64,000 bases of DNA from Sminthopsis crassicaudata (GCF_048593235.1 NC_133619.1:439979644-440043643), one strand, 5' to 3'. Numbered from the stretch's first letter, positions 13,800-28,500 are shown. Notes: generated from the letters alone by a model not told the origin. A program made the numbers and translations.

Positions 13800-14600
13800 A
13801 CAACATGTTTTGATCATGTATGGGATATGTATACATTGGCTACAAAAATATTATATATGTCAACTATAAAATTGAATGGGGAATTGAAGTAGGGTCTTGC
13901 AGAATTTCATAGATAATAAAACCCTCATACTCAGATGTTTATGGCTTAGGTTATGGGAATCTTTGGGAGTGTCCATGATGGGGAAAGGTTACTCTCAGAA
14001 CTTGTGGAACTGTTAACTCAAGCACTCTTGGCTCCCACGCATGGATCCCTCCATGCATCAGGGCAGTTGGGGAAAACTGAAAGCAGGAACCTAAGAAGGG
14101 AGGAGATTTTGCTCAAGTCTGTCTGATTGGTTTTCCACATCTGATGTCACAAGTTGAAAGAAGCCACTCAGAAACTCCCTGTGACAGTTGGAAAGTTCTC
14201 AACGGGCAGTTAGAAAATTGAAGAAAATTCTAGTCAGAAGAAATTTGACTAAGGTCGAGACAGACCTTAAGATGAGGCCTGAAAAATAGGTTTGTGTCTA
14301 TGTGTTTGTGTGCTTGTGTTTTCCAGGTTAACCTTACGCCGAAAATAATAATTCAGTGTGATTTGTATTGTAGATATTGTTTAGGTGATCTCTGTGCTAT
14401 AAGCTCCTCTGGACTTAGTTTCCCTTATTAGAGATCCACCAGATAGATTAAAATCCTTAAAATATAAGGAACAGATGGAGAATCTGTCTTGATGTGAGAG
14501 AGGTTAAGAAAGTAGAAATTATCCTGTAAAGAAGTTGACTGATTTTCCTGTGATAAGTGGAATTATTTTTTCTTGGTCCTTAATAGCAAAATATAGTTCA
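13800..14600. mobile_element. Probable ERV/LTR-derived sequence
   Basis: Composition and LTR-like text only; no clear termini. Confidence 0.3.
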
Positions 14601-15114
14601 TGAAAACAAAGATTTTTTATAAATAGCACTGATGTCTATTTATAAATTTATATTATAAATAAATATATAAATATGTAAAACACAAAAATAAACAATATAT
14701 ATAAATGTATTTATAAAGTTGTACATAAATTTCTAAAATTATAAATAGTTTAAATTAGTTGACTATGTCATCTTTAAAATGTTTTATTTCCTATTCAAGT
14801 GAGGTCTGGAATGGAGGTGTACAAGGAGCCTTAATCAGAAGGCAAAATGATGAAAAGAGTCAATATATTAAACTTATATTTTTTTCAAATTAAAAAAGGT
14901 GAGTTATGAAATTTACTTAGTATTTGCTTATATTACATGAGAAGCAATCCTGAGATGATAGCTAGAGTTGACCAGGTGGGCTTGGGTTCAAATCTTACCT
15001 CTGACGTGTGTGACATTGGATAAAATATTTAATCTTGCAATGCTTTTGGGCACCCTCAAAGTCCCCTATATCAGTGAAAATCATAGTCAGAATTTAGCAC
15101 CATCCTTTGGTGTG

Positions 15115-15120
<6 letters not shown>

Positions 15121-15162
<42 letters not shown>
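15121..15162. repeat. (CA)n microsatellite
   Basis: Pure CA run. Confidence 0.95.
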
Positions 15163-15163
<1 letters not shown>

Positions 15164-15529
15164 CTCTCTATACATAGAGATAACACATAGATACAATATA
15201 CATTTATGTGTATACATGTATAAATGAATTAAATATAAGTACTATATGTAAATTGCTTCTATATTATTTTCCTTGTTATTAAATGTAGATTTATTTTATC
15301 AGAATGTCCAATGCATAGAATGTTTTCAAATATTCAAAAATTATTCCCATATGTAAATCAAATATAATTATTCCACACAGCTTGAATAATGCACTTGAAG
15401 AATCATCCCATAAGAAATTCTATGCCCACCTCACTCCCATGACCTGTGGAGCTCTTCCCCATAATTTAAACAAGAGCTATAGTCCTTGCTACAGATTCCC
15501 TTTTGCCAACCCTTAGTGATGAGGAGTAA

Positions 15530-16100
15530 ACTGTGGTCTAAACCGAGATGGGTCCGTTCCTTTTCTCTCTCTCCTTCCTTCCCCAAAGTAACCAAGGGCT
15601 GGTTCCGCAGCAAAGGAATTTGCTACTTACTGCTGTATGGAAACATAGTATTTATTGATTAGAATGGAAACACCGGAGAGCCGGTGGGCAAAATGGCTGC
15701 ATGGTACAAGGCCAATTTTGCAAAGAATAGATTTTTTGAGTTCTCTCTTTTATACCAGAGCACAATCATTCAGCCTGAGAGTGATATAAATAAGATAAGG
15801 ACTCTCTTGTTATCTTTTGAGTAGAGACAGAAGTCTCTTCCCAAAAAGGAATTTCCTGATGCCGTTTGGTCTATCTGAGCAGATTAGAATGGGGGCTGTA
15901 AAACCCTGGCCAGCTCAGATAGCCCAAACTGGTTTGACCAGATCTTGTATCAAAGGTTCAAGTCCCAAAAGAAGTTGGAGATCAAACAAGGAATACCAAT
16001 GGGCTACCGCCCTCAACATTAGGATTAGATCTGCCGGCATCAAAGCTCCCAATCTCCCCCTTCTCTTGCCTTGAGAATTTGCTGCCCAAGGATACTTTGC
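15530..16100 (-). mobile_element. Solo LTR, minus orientation
   Basis: tttattga (minus-strand poly-A signal) near 15650, CpG retention, minus-strand end ...gaccaca. Confidence 0.45.
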
Positions 16101-18199
16101 ATACCTTACATCAGCTACGATTTTGGTTAAATATGTGTTGGTGGCTCACCCTGGAATTATGAATAATTACACTTTCTCGTAAATTATAATAAATTCCTTA
16201 GTCTCATGTGCATGTCTTAATTTATCCTTATGTAATTTTGAGCCAAAGGCAGAATAAATGTCTAATAAGAATAATAAGAGAAAGAGAAGAAAAGCAAAGT
16301 AATGGGAATATTTTTACAAAGTTTTATTCCCAAATAACAGGTCTATAGCAATTTCAAACTCAAATGTAAACCATAATTAAGGATTAATATTAACTTATTA
16401 AACAATGTTAGTATGTTTTGTTTTGTTACATTTTTTAGTTATGTCACTAAGTATTTCCCAATTTTATTAGAATCTGATTTAGGTTTCACTTAGGAGTGAA
16501 ACATTTGATACCTCCAATCTACATACTTCCAAATTTTCTGCTTCAGAAGAGTGCTACCCTGGAAACACCCATCTACTACTTGAGTATTTATCATTTGGAA
16601 GGCTTTTCCTTCAAGAGATTCACAGACCTTCTAAGTCTGAGCAGATGATTAGGGCTTTTTAAGGTTAGAAACCAATTCCTGATTCGATGCTGGGCTTCCT
16701 AGATGTAGTACTTACTCATTTGTATCTACAAAATTGTGCTTGAAATACCTCATTAGCCATTATTTTAGACAAGTCTACATTGAGATTCATTCCAACATTT
16801 TGCCAAGTATTTGTAAACTTCAGGTCTACATGAATAAGCTGTGTGATATGACTATGATCATAAAATAGTTCTGAACTCTAAAGGCAAAGTCTCTTGAGTT
16901 GACTTTCTTTTTCTCAGACATATTTTTCTTTACAAATCAAATAACCCCTAAAATAATACTATATAATTAGTATTATGATAAAATAAACCCATTTGTGCAT
17001 TATCCTTATTCCTGATCTCTTCCTTTTGCCATCCCTAGTTGTACCTGACATGGTGAAATAAGAGGTGATCCTGGGTTCTCAAAGGCAATGATAGCAGAGA
17101 GTAGAAATAGTTGTGATACATTCCTGAGTTGGAAGAAGAATTAGGCAAACCAGAAACGATCTCTTCATTTCTAAGTGATGTGACACATATCTCCCTGCCA
17201 GTCATAGACTAGGAGAAGGATCAAGGAGCTACCCAGCATATAAATATAGGTATATATACTAATGTGTACACATAAAAGCCCGTACATATCTATCTGTGTG
17301 TATACATACATGTGCCAAACCAAAGCTCCAAGCATCTTCATACATTCACTATACAAGTTTGGTCAGAAACAGGTAGAAAAGCTCTATGCAGCCTCTATCT
17401 TCCATTGTAAGAGAGCCATAGCTAGAATATAGATGCATACCTAACCCTTGTATGTAATATATAAATCGTGCAAAGGAAAACTGTCTTAGTCATGTAAGTA
17501 ATGGTAATGCAATCTTAAGTAAATAATTTGAGAAAGGAAAAATTTATAAAATTAATAATTATAGTGTTCAAAATTTTGGGAGAGTTATGTTGCATCTATA
17601 TCTGCATTTTGCCTTTAGGAGCAAGGGAAAATGTATCCAATTTTTTTCTTCCTAAAATTATTTTATTTTATTATTTGTAAAGGTCCCTTGTAAGGTTTTA
17701 CAGATTTGCACTGGAAAAATATAGTTATCCACTCAAGGACCTTCATTACTTAATAATATGTCTCATTAGAGTAGGAAGACATTTTGGTGTCATTTAGTCT
17801 AGTACCTTCATTGCTAACATTCAGTTAGGCCATGAGACTTCTTTAAATCTGTACAACCATAATTGGAAGAAATGGGATGGGAACCAAAGGAGCCTGACTT
17901 TCAAATCCCTTGGCAACACACATTGTCAATTTTTCCTTTCCAGAGAATTTGAATTTTTAAAAAAGAGTTGGCAATACAAAGAGTTCTAGGAGAGAAAGTT
18001 CCCTGGGCACTCCTGCTGTGCATGCTACAGTTTCTTGGAGCTACAGGTGAGAGTTAGATGACAGGTAGACACCAAGGGTTCAGGAGCAGCCTTGAGAAGG
18101 ACTTGGCAAAACTTCACACCCAAGATGCTGAACCTTCTGTCCATTTGCCTGGGGATGCAAAGATAGTCAAAGCAAAGTCTCTGCCCTTGAGGAGACAAC

Positions 18200-18950
18200 A
18201 TACAAGTCTATATAAGCAAGCTATGATACAGGATAAACTGAAGGCAATTGGCTGAGAGAAGCCACTAGTATGAAGAGGGATTGAGGAAGGCTTTTCTGTA
18301 GGTGTAATTTGATGGGAACTTGAAGAAAGGCTGGTCATTAGCAAATCCCTGGGGCCAAGACATGGAATGTCAAGTTTGTGGGAAAACAAGGAGGCTGGTG
18401 TCATTGGATCAAGTAGTATGTGATGGGGCATAAGATACAAAAAGAATAGGGAAGTGAGGTTATGAAAGGCTTTGAATACCAAACGAGGTTTTGTGTTTGA
18501 TCGTGGAAGTGATAAGGAGTGCCTGAATTTATGGAGTATATAGATTTACACATTAGGAAAAACATGGTAGCTGATTGAAGGATACACTGGAGCAGGCAGA
18601 AACTTATGGCAAGCTGATCAAGCAGAAAGTTATTGCAATATTCTGGGGATTCAAACATGAAAGTTTACAATATGATGGTAGGGATATGAGACAAAAGAAC
18701 AGGGTACATTTGAGAGCTTGCAAAGGTGAAAAGTAATGAAATTTGGCAACAAGTTGGATTTGAACGGTGAGAATAATGAAGAGTTGAGGGTATTATTTAA
18801 ACTGTGAGCCTGCAGGACTGGAAGAATGATGGTGTCCTAGATAGTTACAAGGAAATTTAGAAGGGAGGAGAATTTAGGGGGAAAAGATAATGAAATCAGT
18901 TGTGGACGTGTCTACATAATATCCTGATGGAGATACCTAATAGGCAGCGA
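18200..18950 (-). mobile_element. L2 LINE fragment
   Basis: gttatgaaaggctttgaataccaaacgaggttttgtgtttgatc is antisense L2. Confidence 0.75.
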
Positions 18951-19724
18951 CAGGGAGACTGTCCAATTAATTGCTGCTTTTCCAATTTGTATTCCACAAG
19001 GACTTTTAGAGGGTCTGTTTGTGTGTACTTAATGAAAGTTGTGGGATAAAGACAATGAAAAGGAAGATGTACAAAAATAATAAAAGCAATGCCCCCAACT
19101 TTGAATTTTCCATTAGTTTTGATGGGAAATCAGAAAATATACAGTGATGTTTTTGAAGACAAGGGGACTGCCAAACTTATTTTTGAGAAGTCCAAGAAAA
19201 GAATTGAAAAAAAAAACCACATGTAATCTTATTCTTCTCAAGTGTTATTAGTAAAATTCACTATTGATTCAAAGGAGTTGCTAGATCAAGATTCTTGGAG
19301 ATGGCTCCTCTTGTAAAGAAAGCAAGTATAACTTTGTCATGATCACATAATTACATGCAAGATGGGTGGTGGTGAATACTTAGAAGCCATTAAAAAATGG
19401 AGCCAAACAATCACCCTATCTTTGGGTACACTTTTTTTTTTTTTTTAATGAGGGCTGTTTTCTTAAAACATGAAAAGCAAAGTAAAAACATAGAACCAAT
19501 ATGTTCAGAGGTGGAAGTCACCTTAGAAATTATATATTTCCAACTCCTCAGAACCATCCTTGTTATTTTTGTATATGTTTAATAAACTCAATGTGACTCA
19601 ACCTACCTAATATGGCAAAGGCCATATAGTTTATTTAGTAGCATATTTGAATTAAGCCCAGAAAGAGAAAAAAAATTACATGATAATCATCAAGGATAAT
19701 TTATCCTAGAAAGGTTTGGGTTAG

Positions 19725-19869
19725 GGGGCAGCTAGGTGGTGCAGTGGCTAGAGCACCAGCCTTGAATCCAGGAGGACACAAGTTCAAATCTGACCTCAGA
19801 CACTTAATACTTCCTAGCTGTGTGACCCTGGGCAAGTCACTTAACCCCAGCCTCAAAAAAAAAAAAAAA
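19725..19869 (+). mobile_element. WSINE1/SINE1-type tRNA-derived marsupial SINE
   Basis: ggggcagctaggtggtgcagtgg (A box), gttcaaatc (B box), poly-A tail, near-TSD aaag(g)tttgggtt. Confidence 0.9.
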
Positions 19870-22378
19870 GTTTGGGTTTTATTTATAATCTTTTGAAGTT
19901 GGGTCTTAAACAAGCTTTAAAGGAAAAAAGGATTGATAGAAATATAAGGAAAAACATTTCAAGGGGGAAAATGGACTGGGTGAAGGCACAGAGGTGAAAT
20001 AAGACTAGGCTATGTACAATAAATTATTACCTGAGTTGAATGGATCATGAGAATTGAATTTAAAAATATATGTATATAACAGACCAGGAAGTTGGTAATG
20101 TAAATGAAAGTAATGAGAAATTGGAGGAAAAAGAGATAATTATCTCAGAAATTTTAGGAAAGTTAATCCTAATTTTTTGGATATAACATCTTCAGAAAAG
20201 TCATGTTTCTTTGGTTTTGGTGATCTTGGCTTTCCTTTTACTGTATATTCATAAACCATGAATTTTATGGCTTTTGGAGATTCAAATCATTTTAAAATTA
20301 CAATGATTTGAGTCTCCAAAAGCTTTTTTTTTTAATTCCATCCTCTCTTGGAAAATGGGAATATCTTCTTATTTCCAAACTTATCATCTTCAAGGATTTA
20401 CAGAGTATTGTCATTAACATCACCAAGGTCTCTGCACCTACTACTGAAGGAAAATTCATATCTAAGGCCTAATACAAGATCTCCAACTAGATCTTTCCAG
20501 CATTAATCTTTGCTATGACACAGCAAAACTAATCACTCATCACCTCACCTTACTTGCCTTTCCCCAAATGTCCCTTGCATTGTTCCAATATTCACTATCC
20601 TCATGCTTTTCTACTTGGTCTGATCTCTCATTTTTACCTAAGCAAATCTTTACCTTCCATCAAGCCTAATTTCAGCTTTGTAGGGACTTCCTAGTAGATC
20701 TTCCCAGATAGAAGTAATCTTTTTGTACAGATTTGTATAATTCAAACAGCAATTAATCTATTTTCTTTTAGTTGTTTCTGTATATTCATTACTGAATCAT
20801 AAACTTTTTTAAAAACTAGAGGTCAATTCATTTTCATCTACACCACAGAATCTAGACAAACACATTACATGTAAATATTTATTTAGAAAATGAATTCTAA
20901 TGGGTTCATTGAGGAATAAGTATTGTGGAGCTGTACCTAAGAGACATCAGAAACTCAGGAATCTAAATTGTAAAACTTGTGGAAAAAATAAGATGAATCA
21001 GAAATGAAGAAACAAACACATTTTGAAAAATTTCAGAAGTTGAAAATTTTAATAATCATATAAAAAAGATTTAAGAAAGGAGCCTAAGACAGAAGAATTA
21101 CTACTTATAAGAGGAACCAGGAAAATGTTAGCTTTTCAGTCTTTCAGTTTGGGTAAACCTGACTGATTATGAACTTAACTGAGATGGGAAGTCAGAAATA
21201 CTTGGATTTCTCAGGAGAAACTTAAATGTAATATGTGGGCTGTAATATTAAGGTACTAGATTCCTGAATCATAGAGGTTGGAGCTATAGAATATTCCAAA
21301 GGAAAATACTGTGATAAGCAAAAAAAATTGTATAAAAAATCACCAGAAATATTGGGATCCAAATGGTAAAATACAAAAGGAAGATCATGACCCCTTTATT
21401 CTAAGGTTCTAAGATGATAAGCTGTGCCAGAGTTGCTCAAAGATAGTATGATATTTTATTCTTTGAATTATCCTTTTTTGACCATGCAGGTTCTGGATGA
21501 TTTCTGTTGAATCTGCAAGTCAATCATTCCTAAATTGACACAAAAGTAGAAGTCAGTTGGAGAAGTTATCACCCCAAAAGAAAAATGTTTAATATGGGGT
21601 TTGGAGCAAATGACCTCTGAGGGCCCATTCAGATCTGATGTTCTGGGGTTTATAATGGTTGCTCTTTACGAAATGGAATTCTTCCAGTCTTTAGAATTAT
21701 ATTTCTAGTGCCTGGCACATAGGTGAAACAAAAAATACTTGTTCATTGGCTGATAGATTGACATTATGACATTCCAAATTTCTAAGTATCATCCCTGTTT
21801 CTTGACTTGTCAGTATCTAGATGATTACTGTCTTTGGAGCTGAATTTTTAAATCAGGGGTACCTGTATGAAAGAAAGAAATGAGTTTCACAAGCAAAACT
21901 ACACAACAAAAATTTACCATGAAATGTGGGTCCTGGAGCAAATGGCCCCTAAGAACACTTCAAATTCTGATGTTCTATGGTTCTTAGATTTTTGATAGTC
22001 TAGGTTTTAAGTGTAGTTTCCCTTTCTTGGCTTGGCAGTTTCCAGATAATTGTTGGGCACAGCTCAGGGAGATGATGACATTTCATCAGACAAAGAAACA
22101 AATGAATCTGACAAGCAAAATTACAGAACAAAAGTGTACTATCCAACGTGGGCCTTGGAACAAATGACATCAAAAGTAAGGCCCCCTTCCAGCTCTTAAC
22201 ATTTTAGGATTCCAAGACTATTGGCATTCTAGACTTAAGTATCTTCTCCCTTTCTGGCCTTAGCAGGTTCAAGGTTATGCTCAAGAATAAACTTGAGAAG
22301 CTCCTATTGTAGAAAAGAAATTTTGACACATAGAAGCACAAAATAAAAGTGATATTTTGGTTAGAAAAATTAATAAAT

Positions 22379-22520
22379 GGGGCATCTAGGACAGGTAGAT
22401 AGAGCACCAGCCTTGAAGTCAGGAAGACCTGAGTACAAATCTAGATTCAGACATTTAATACTTCCTAGCTGTGTGACCCTGGGCAAGTCACTTAACCCCA
22501 ATTGTCTCAGCCAAAAAAAA
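22379..22520 (+). mobile_element. WSINE1/SINE1-type SINE
   Basis: Same family text as 19725; A-rich tail. Confidence 0.85.
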
Positions 22521-25500
22521 ATTTAATAGATGAATAAAAAACAATATACTTTTTAGAAGTCCTCAAACTCTGAAATTGTAGGGTTCCTCTGAAATTGTAG
22601 GGTTCCAAGACCATTCTCTGTATCTAAGCTTAGTTTTTCTTTTAACTTGGCAGTTTCCTGATACTTACTAGGGAAGAACATTACTAATTAGTCATATAAA
22701 GAAGTAAGGCTATGGTTCTCAAGCACAATCATGGCTCATAATTCTAAAATTTTGTCCATAGCTCATCTGCTTTTGATGCAGAATAAGAGAATACTCGGGA
22801 TAAGTTTTCATATAGACTCTATATATAATTAAAGAATAATATGATAGCAACTGATTTTATGGAGAATGTTATATGGATAATGAAAAGGATATAATTGAGT
22901 TTAACAGTGTATGCACCTTTCTACAATCTTCCCTGACGGGGATTTTATGGAAATACTTTACCAAAAACAATTATGCCAAATTAACTATAAATGTGGGATA
23001 TGGCACTGAAATTCTATAAAAGTAATAAGAGAAGTGGGGGAGGTAGATAGAAAGTCTCAAACCATACATAGCATTTGATTTTCTAGGTAGTTTGAAAGCA
23101 CAGGATCTTGAGGTCCTAGTATGAGAATGCATGCAAATACTTGAAAGGCAGTTTGGTGACTCAGAGAGTCCAGAAATGACTTTAAGCCAATTTCTTCATA
23201 TGAAATAAGAGGAGGGGGGAAAGGCTCCAAATCCTTGGTGTATATAAAATAACTACTTCAAAGGTTGAGATTCAAAGAAGCAGAGAAGGAAGAGCAAACA
23301 GGTAACATCAGACTATTCCAGATGGGGCATAGGGTTTCAGAAAAAGGGCAGCTATTGGGAATATTTGGTTAAATCTTGATGCCATTGGGAAAAGATTAGA
23401 TGTGACCTTTTTCTTCACAGGTGAAGCTTTTCAAGAAGAGGACATGTTCCAAGCTCTACCACAGAGGGAAAAGGCTTTCCAAAGTATCTTGTCACATCAG
23501 GATTATAGAAGCCACACAGGACAGCCATCCCTGACTGCCCAGAATCAAAGACGAGCTGTAGCTCACTGTATGTTTGCTAGTAAATGCAACCCTTGTCACC
23601 CCTCCTGAAACGATCAAGAATCATGGGAGTAAAGAACAAAGCAGCTGGCTTCTAGGATTCAACAGGCAGAGCAAAAATACCAAGCAGAGTTGTTTTTCTA
23701 TTATTAAAAATGTAATGCGGACTATATGTGCATGCTGAGTGAATTTGAGAGGCAAATGCAGGATTGGTTGGGCAGAAGCTTGTAGCCAAAAGACCAAATC
23801 TGGGAAAAAAGATCATGTGATCAGGGATAAGAGGTCATCCCAGACCCTACCTAGCTGACATGAAAATGTACAATTTTTTGCACGGAAACAGTCATTCTTG
23901 CCTTGGTTGTCCTGAAATAACTGGCAAGAGGAAGATTGAGTGTAATACTCAAGCACTCGTGCTTGATTCCCCAGAGTGTCTGCTTATTGTGAGAAAAACA
24001 GAAGTGGTGTTTTAATGCCACGATAACCCATACATTATTCCTCAGTATGTCCTTTCTTGACTAGGTATGTGCTCTTTGGAGCATGACCTTTATGGGGTAT
24101 GGAGATAGTTATGACAGTTGCTTTATTATTGTGTAAGGAGAGTATAATATTACATGATAAGTTTCCATACATGATAGCAAGAAAAGTAAAATGCTTGAGT
24201 CACTTGTGACAATTATCAAGATTAGAGGAGTTCTAAGAAACCTTGTGTGAATAGAGAGCAGACCGTTGGAAATCAAGCTATAGAAAGATTGAGAAATGAG
24301 GCACTTTTTTTAGCAGCCTCGGACAATGTTAGGGAGCAGCAAAGGCAATGCACAGAGGTACTCTATATTATCCATAAAGTGAGCAAAGGGAGAAGAACGA
24401 GAGCGAGCTATGTATGCTCTTAGCAGAAGAGCCAGATTGCATGGGATGTGGGCTTTCCTATGAAAGTTAAGGGGTTTGGTAATTTTAGAAATCCCAGTGG
24501 ATAATTATAGCTAGTTCAAGGAGCCAGTGAAAGACCTGAAGTCATGTGATCCCTGTGATATAGGGCACCAGACAGTCCTCAAAATAGCCAGAGTTGAGAA
24601 ACAGTTAGAGTTGAGAAAATGAACTCGGAGCAATGGGAAGAAACTTGAGAATGAGAGCATCCAACAAAATAGGAGAGCTATGGACAGCCAAGCCTGGAGC
24701 TGAGCCAGCCCTGTGCAGAGCAGGAGGACAATACATGTAGAAGACATCGGCAGTTTTCCAGTTTCCAAGGCATGAGCAACCACCACATGCTTGTGCTTTA
24801 TATGGACATCTCTTCACAAATGCACTCGCCACAGGAATATTCCCCCTGCCTAGATGACCCACATATTATTCCTCAGTATTTCCTGGAGTAAGTATACTAA
24901 CCTTGAGGTTAGTAGGGTATGGAGGAAAAAAAAATGTTACTTTATTAAAACAACATTATGCACTAAGTGTTTTGTATGACATGCTGGTAAAAATGAAATA
25001 CATTGGTAGAGATTGCTGAGTCACCTGATAGTTTGGCGAGGATTTGGGCCCACTTAAATACCTGGCACCAGTAACAACCTCAGGAAATGGGGCACATGAG
25101 GCTGCAAAGCAAAAGAGCAAGATTCCGGGTGGTGATGGAAACCAAGAGAGCAGAACTTGGCCTGAGCAATGTCAAGTAATCGTGGATTATGACTTGGGAT
25201 ACAGACATCCTTAAAACAATGTTTCCCCTTATGGATGGATATTTCCAAGAATGAGGCATAGTAGAAAATTTCATAACATAAAAATGACATCGAGGAAAAA
25301 GTTCAGTTTTGATGTATGTTCTCATGAAATGTTCAGTTTGAAAAAAGCAAGAGGTATAAAGTTCCATGGATTAGAGAATAGAATTCAGAAGATACTTAGA
25401 AAGAAAGCAAAAAGTAGCATATTATAAAGAAAATAGCACAGCGACAGTTGTAACACACTTATTTCTAGTTTTAATGTAAAAGGGTAGGATGAAGGAAAGT

Positions 25501-25579
25501 TTAAAAGTTTGAGAAAAATGTTAAGAATTTAGGTAAAGACAAAAATTGGAAATAATAGAAACAATTGATAATGTCATCC

Positions 25580-28500
25580 AAGAAAATAACAACACACCAA
25601 AATTTATAGGATGCATCAGAAGCAATTCTTAGGAAAATATATTTTTAGATGCTTGCTTGAATAAAATAGAGATGAATGCACATAAAAAAGCTACAAAAGA
25701 ACAAATTAACCCCTCCAATTAAACACCAAATTTGAAATTCTGAAAATAAAAGGGGAGATTAAATTGAAAAGGAAACTATTGAATTAAAAGTTGGTTTTGT
25801 GAAAAAAGTTAGATTAGAAAAAAGTTAACTGCTATATTTGTAATGTTCTTCTCTAGATTATAATGTTCTCTGGGAACAGGTTTCTTGGGGAGCTTCTAGA
25901 GGAAGCTTTAGTTTCAGTTCAGTTCAATAATCCCAAAAGCAGCCAGGAGTTAAAAATCCAAATCCTTTATTGTTTCCTTCAAAGTCTTGTCTCTTTTCCT
26001 GGGGCCTGGTTGGTTTAAGTAGAGGCCTATCTCTCTCCTTGGTTCTGAGTCTCCAAATCCAAAGGTTTCCTTTAGCCTCCAGCCAGCTTCAGTCTCTCAT
26101 CATCCCAATGTCTCCAACCAGCACAAAGGTGGAAATTGGAATGAATCTTGACTCCTCCTCCCAGAGAGTGGGCTTGTGGGTTACTGACTTGTGAATCTCC
26201 CAGAAGTCCAAGAGTGGGCTTATCCCTGAGAAGTCCTTGCTTATATTTCTGCCCGATTTGTGTGTATCCTCAACTTGTGGATCTCCTTGACTTGTGAATC
26301 CCCTCCTTGTATATGCTCTCTAAAGGTGTAAACTCCTTTAAAGGTGTAAATGCTTTTAAAGGTGTGAACTAAGTACATAAGCATTAGCACCTTGTTTCAA
26401 ATTCTGGCCCATAACAAAAATGGAAAAGGGAGAACTTTCCATAAATGAAGAGGAAACCAAAGCAATAATTAGGTATTTTGTCCAACTATATGCCAATTAA
26501 TCTGATAATCTAAGTGAAATGGATAAATACTTATAGAAATAGATTAACAGAGGAGGAAATAATCCTATTTTAGAAAAAGAAATTGGACAAACTATTGATT
26601 TGTTCCTAAGAAAACATCCATGGCCAAATGGATTTACAAGCAAATGCTATCAAATATTTTAAGAACAATTACAATACTATTCAAACTATTTGGAAAAATA
26701 AGGGAAAGGAGTCCTACCAAACTTATTTTATTACACAGATATGGTGCTGATACCTAAACCAGGTAGGGTTAAAGTAGAAAATTATAGACCAATTTTGATA
26801 TTGATGCAAAAAAACATAATCAAGTAGGATTTATACTAGGAATGCAGAAATGGTTCAACATTAGGAAAACTTATCAGCATAATTGACTATATCAATAACC
26901 AAATAGAAATATCTTAATAGATGCAGAAAAGGCATTTGATAAAATCCAACACCTCATTCCTATCAAACACTGGAGAGAATAAGTAATGAAGTTTTCCTAA
27001 AAATGGTCATCTATTTAAAATGAATAGGGATAAACTAAAAGCATTCTCAGTAAGATCAGGGGTGAAACAAAGTTGCCCCCGTCACCATTTCTTTTCAATA
27101 TTGTATTAGAAATGTTAGCTTTAACAATAAGGAAAGAGAAGAAATGAAATTTTCACTCTTTGCAGATGAGATATGATGGTATATTTAAAAAATCCTGGAG
27201 AATCAACTTAAATTACCAAAAACAATTTTATCAAAAGTTGCAGAATACAAAATAAACCCACATAATCGTCTGCATTTCTCTGTTGCCAAAAAAATCCAAC
27301 AAGAGTTACAACGAACTTCCATTTAAAATTACTGTAGATAATATAAAATATTGGGGAGAATACCTGCCAAAACAAAGTTAGGAACTATATGAACACAATT
27401 ACAAAACACTTTCCCCACAAAAAATTAGATCTAAACAAGTGGAAGAAAATCAAATGTTCATGAGTAGGCCTAGCTAATATGACAGTGATACCTAAATTCT
27501 GAATCTACTTATTCATTGCCATACCAAACTGCCAAGAAATTACAGAGCTAGAAAAAAAAATTCTTCTGAAAGAACAAAAATTTCAAGGGAATTAATGAAA
27601 AAATGACAAACGAAAGTGGTCTAGCTGTACCAGACCTAACACTATATTATAAAGCAGTGGTCATCAAAACCATTTGGTACTGGCTAAGAAATGAGTAGCT
27701 GACCATTGAAATAGATTAGGTTTACAAGGCACAATAGTTGATGGAATTAATCTAGTGTTGGATAAATCCAAAGATCCTAGCTTCTGGAAGAACTCAACAT
27801 TTGACAAAAATTGCTGGGAAAATAGGAAAATCATATGCTAGAAATTAGGCAGTGATCAACACAACACACTATATCAAGATAAAGTCAAAATGGATTCACA
27901 ATTTACATATAAAGAATAATATAAGAAAATTATGAAATCAATGTTTCATCTACCTCTCAGATCTGTGGAGAAGGAAGGAATTTATGGCCAAAGAATTAGA
28001 AAACATACTAAAATACAAAATGGATAATTCTGATATTAGAAAGGTATTGTACAAACAAAATCAATGCAGACAAGATTAAAATGGAAACAGAGAATTTGGA
28101 AAATTTATGTCCAATTCTGATAAAAGCCTCATTTCTAAAATTAGAGAATTGACTCAAATTTATCATATATATATGCGCCATTCTCCAAATGATAAATGGT
28201 CATAGGATATGAACAATTTTCAGATGAAATCAAAACCATTTTTAGTCATAAAATGGTGCCTAAATCACTCGGATCAGAGAAATGCAAATTAAGACAAGTC
28301 TGATTACCACTCCACTTCTCTCAGATTGACTAAGATGATAGGAAAAGATAATGATGAATGTTGGAGGGGATGTGGGAAAAGTGGAACACTGATACATTGT
28401 GGGTGGAGTTGTGAACTGATCCAACCATTCTGGAGAGCAATTTGGAACTGTGCCCAAAGGGCTAATAAACTGTGCATAATACCCTTTGATCCAGCAGTCT

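Noticed and set aside
19725-19869. tRNA-like A/B boxes as tRNA genes (also 22379 and 37851)
   Set aside because: SINE body, poly-A tail and TSDs identify them as tRNA-derived SINEs.
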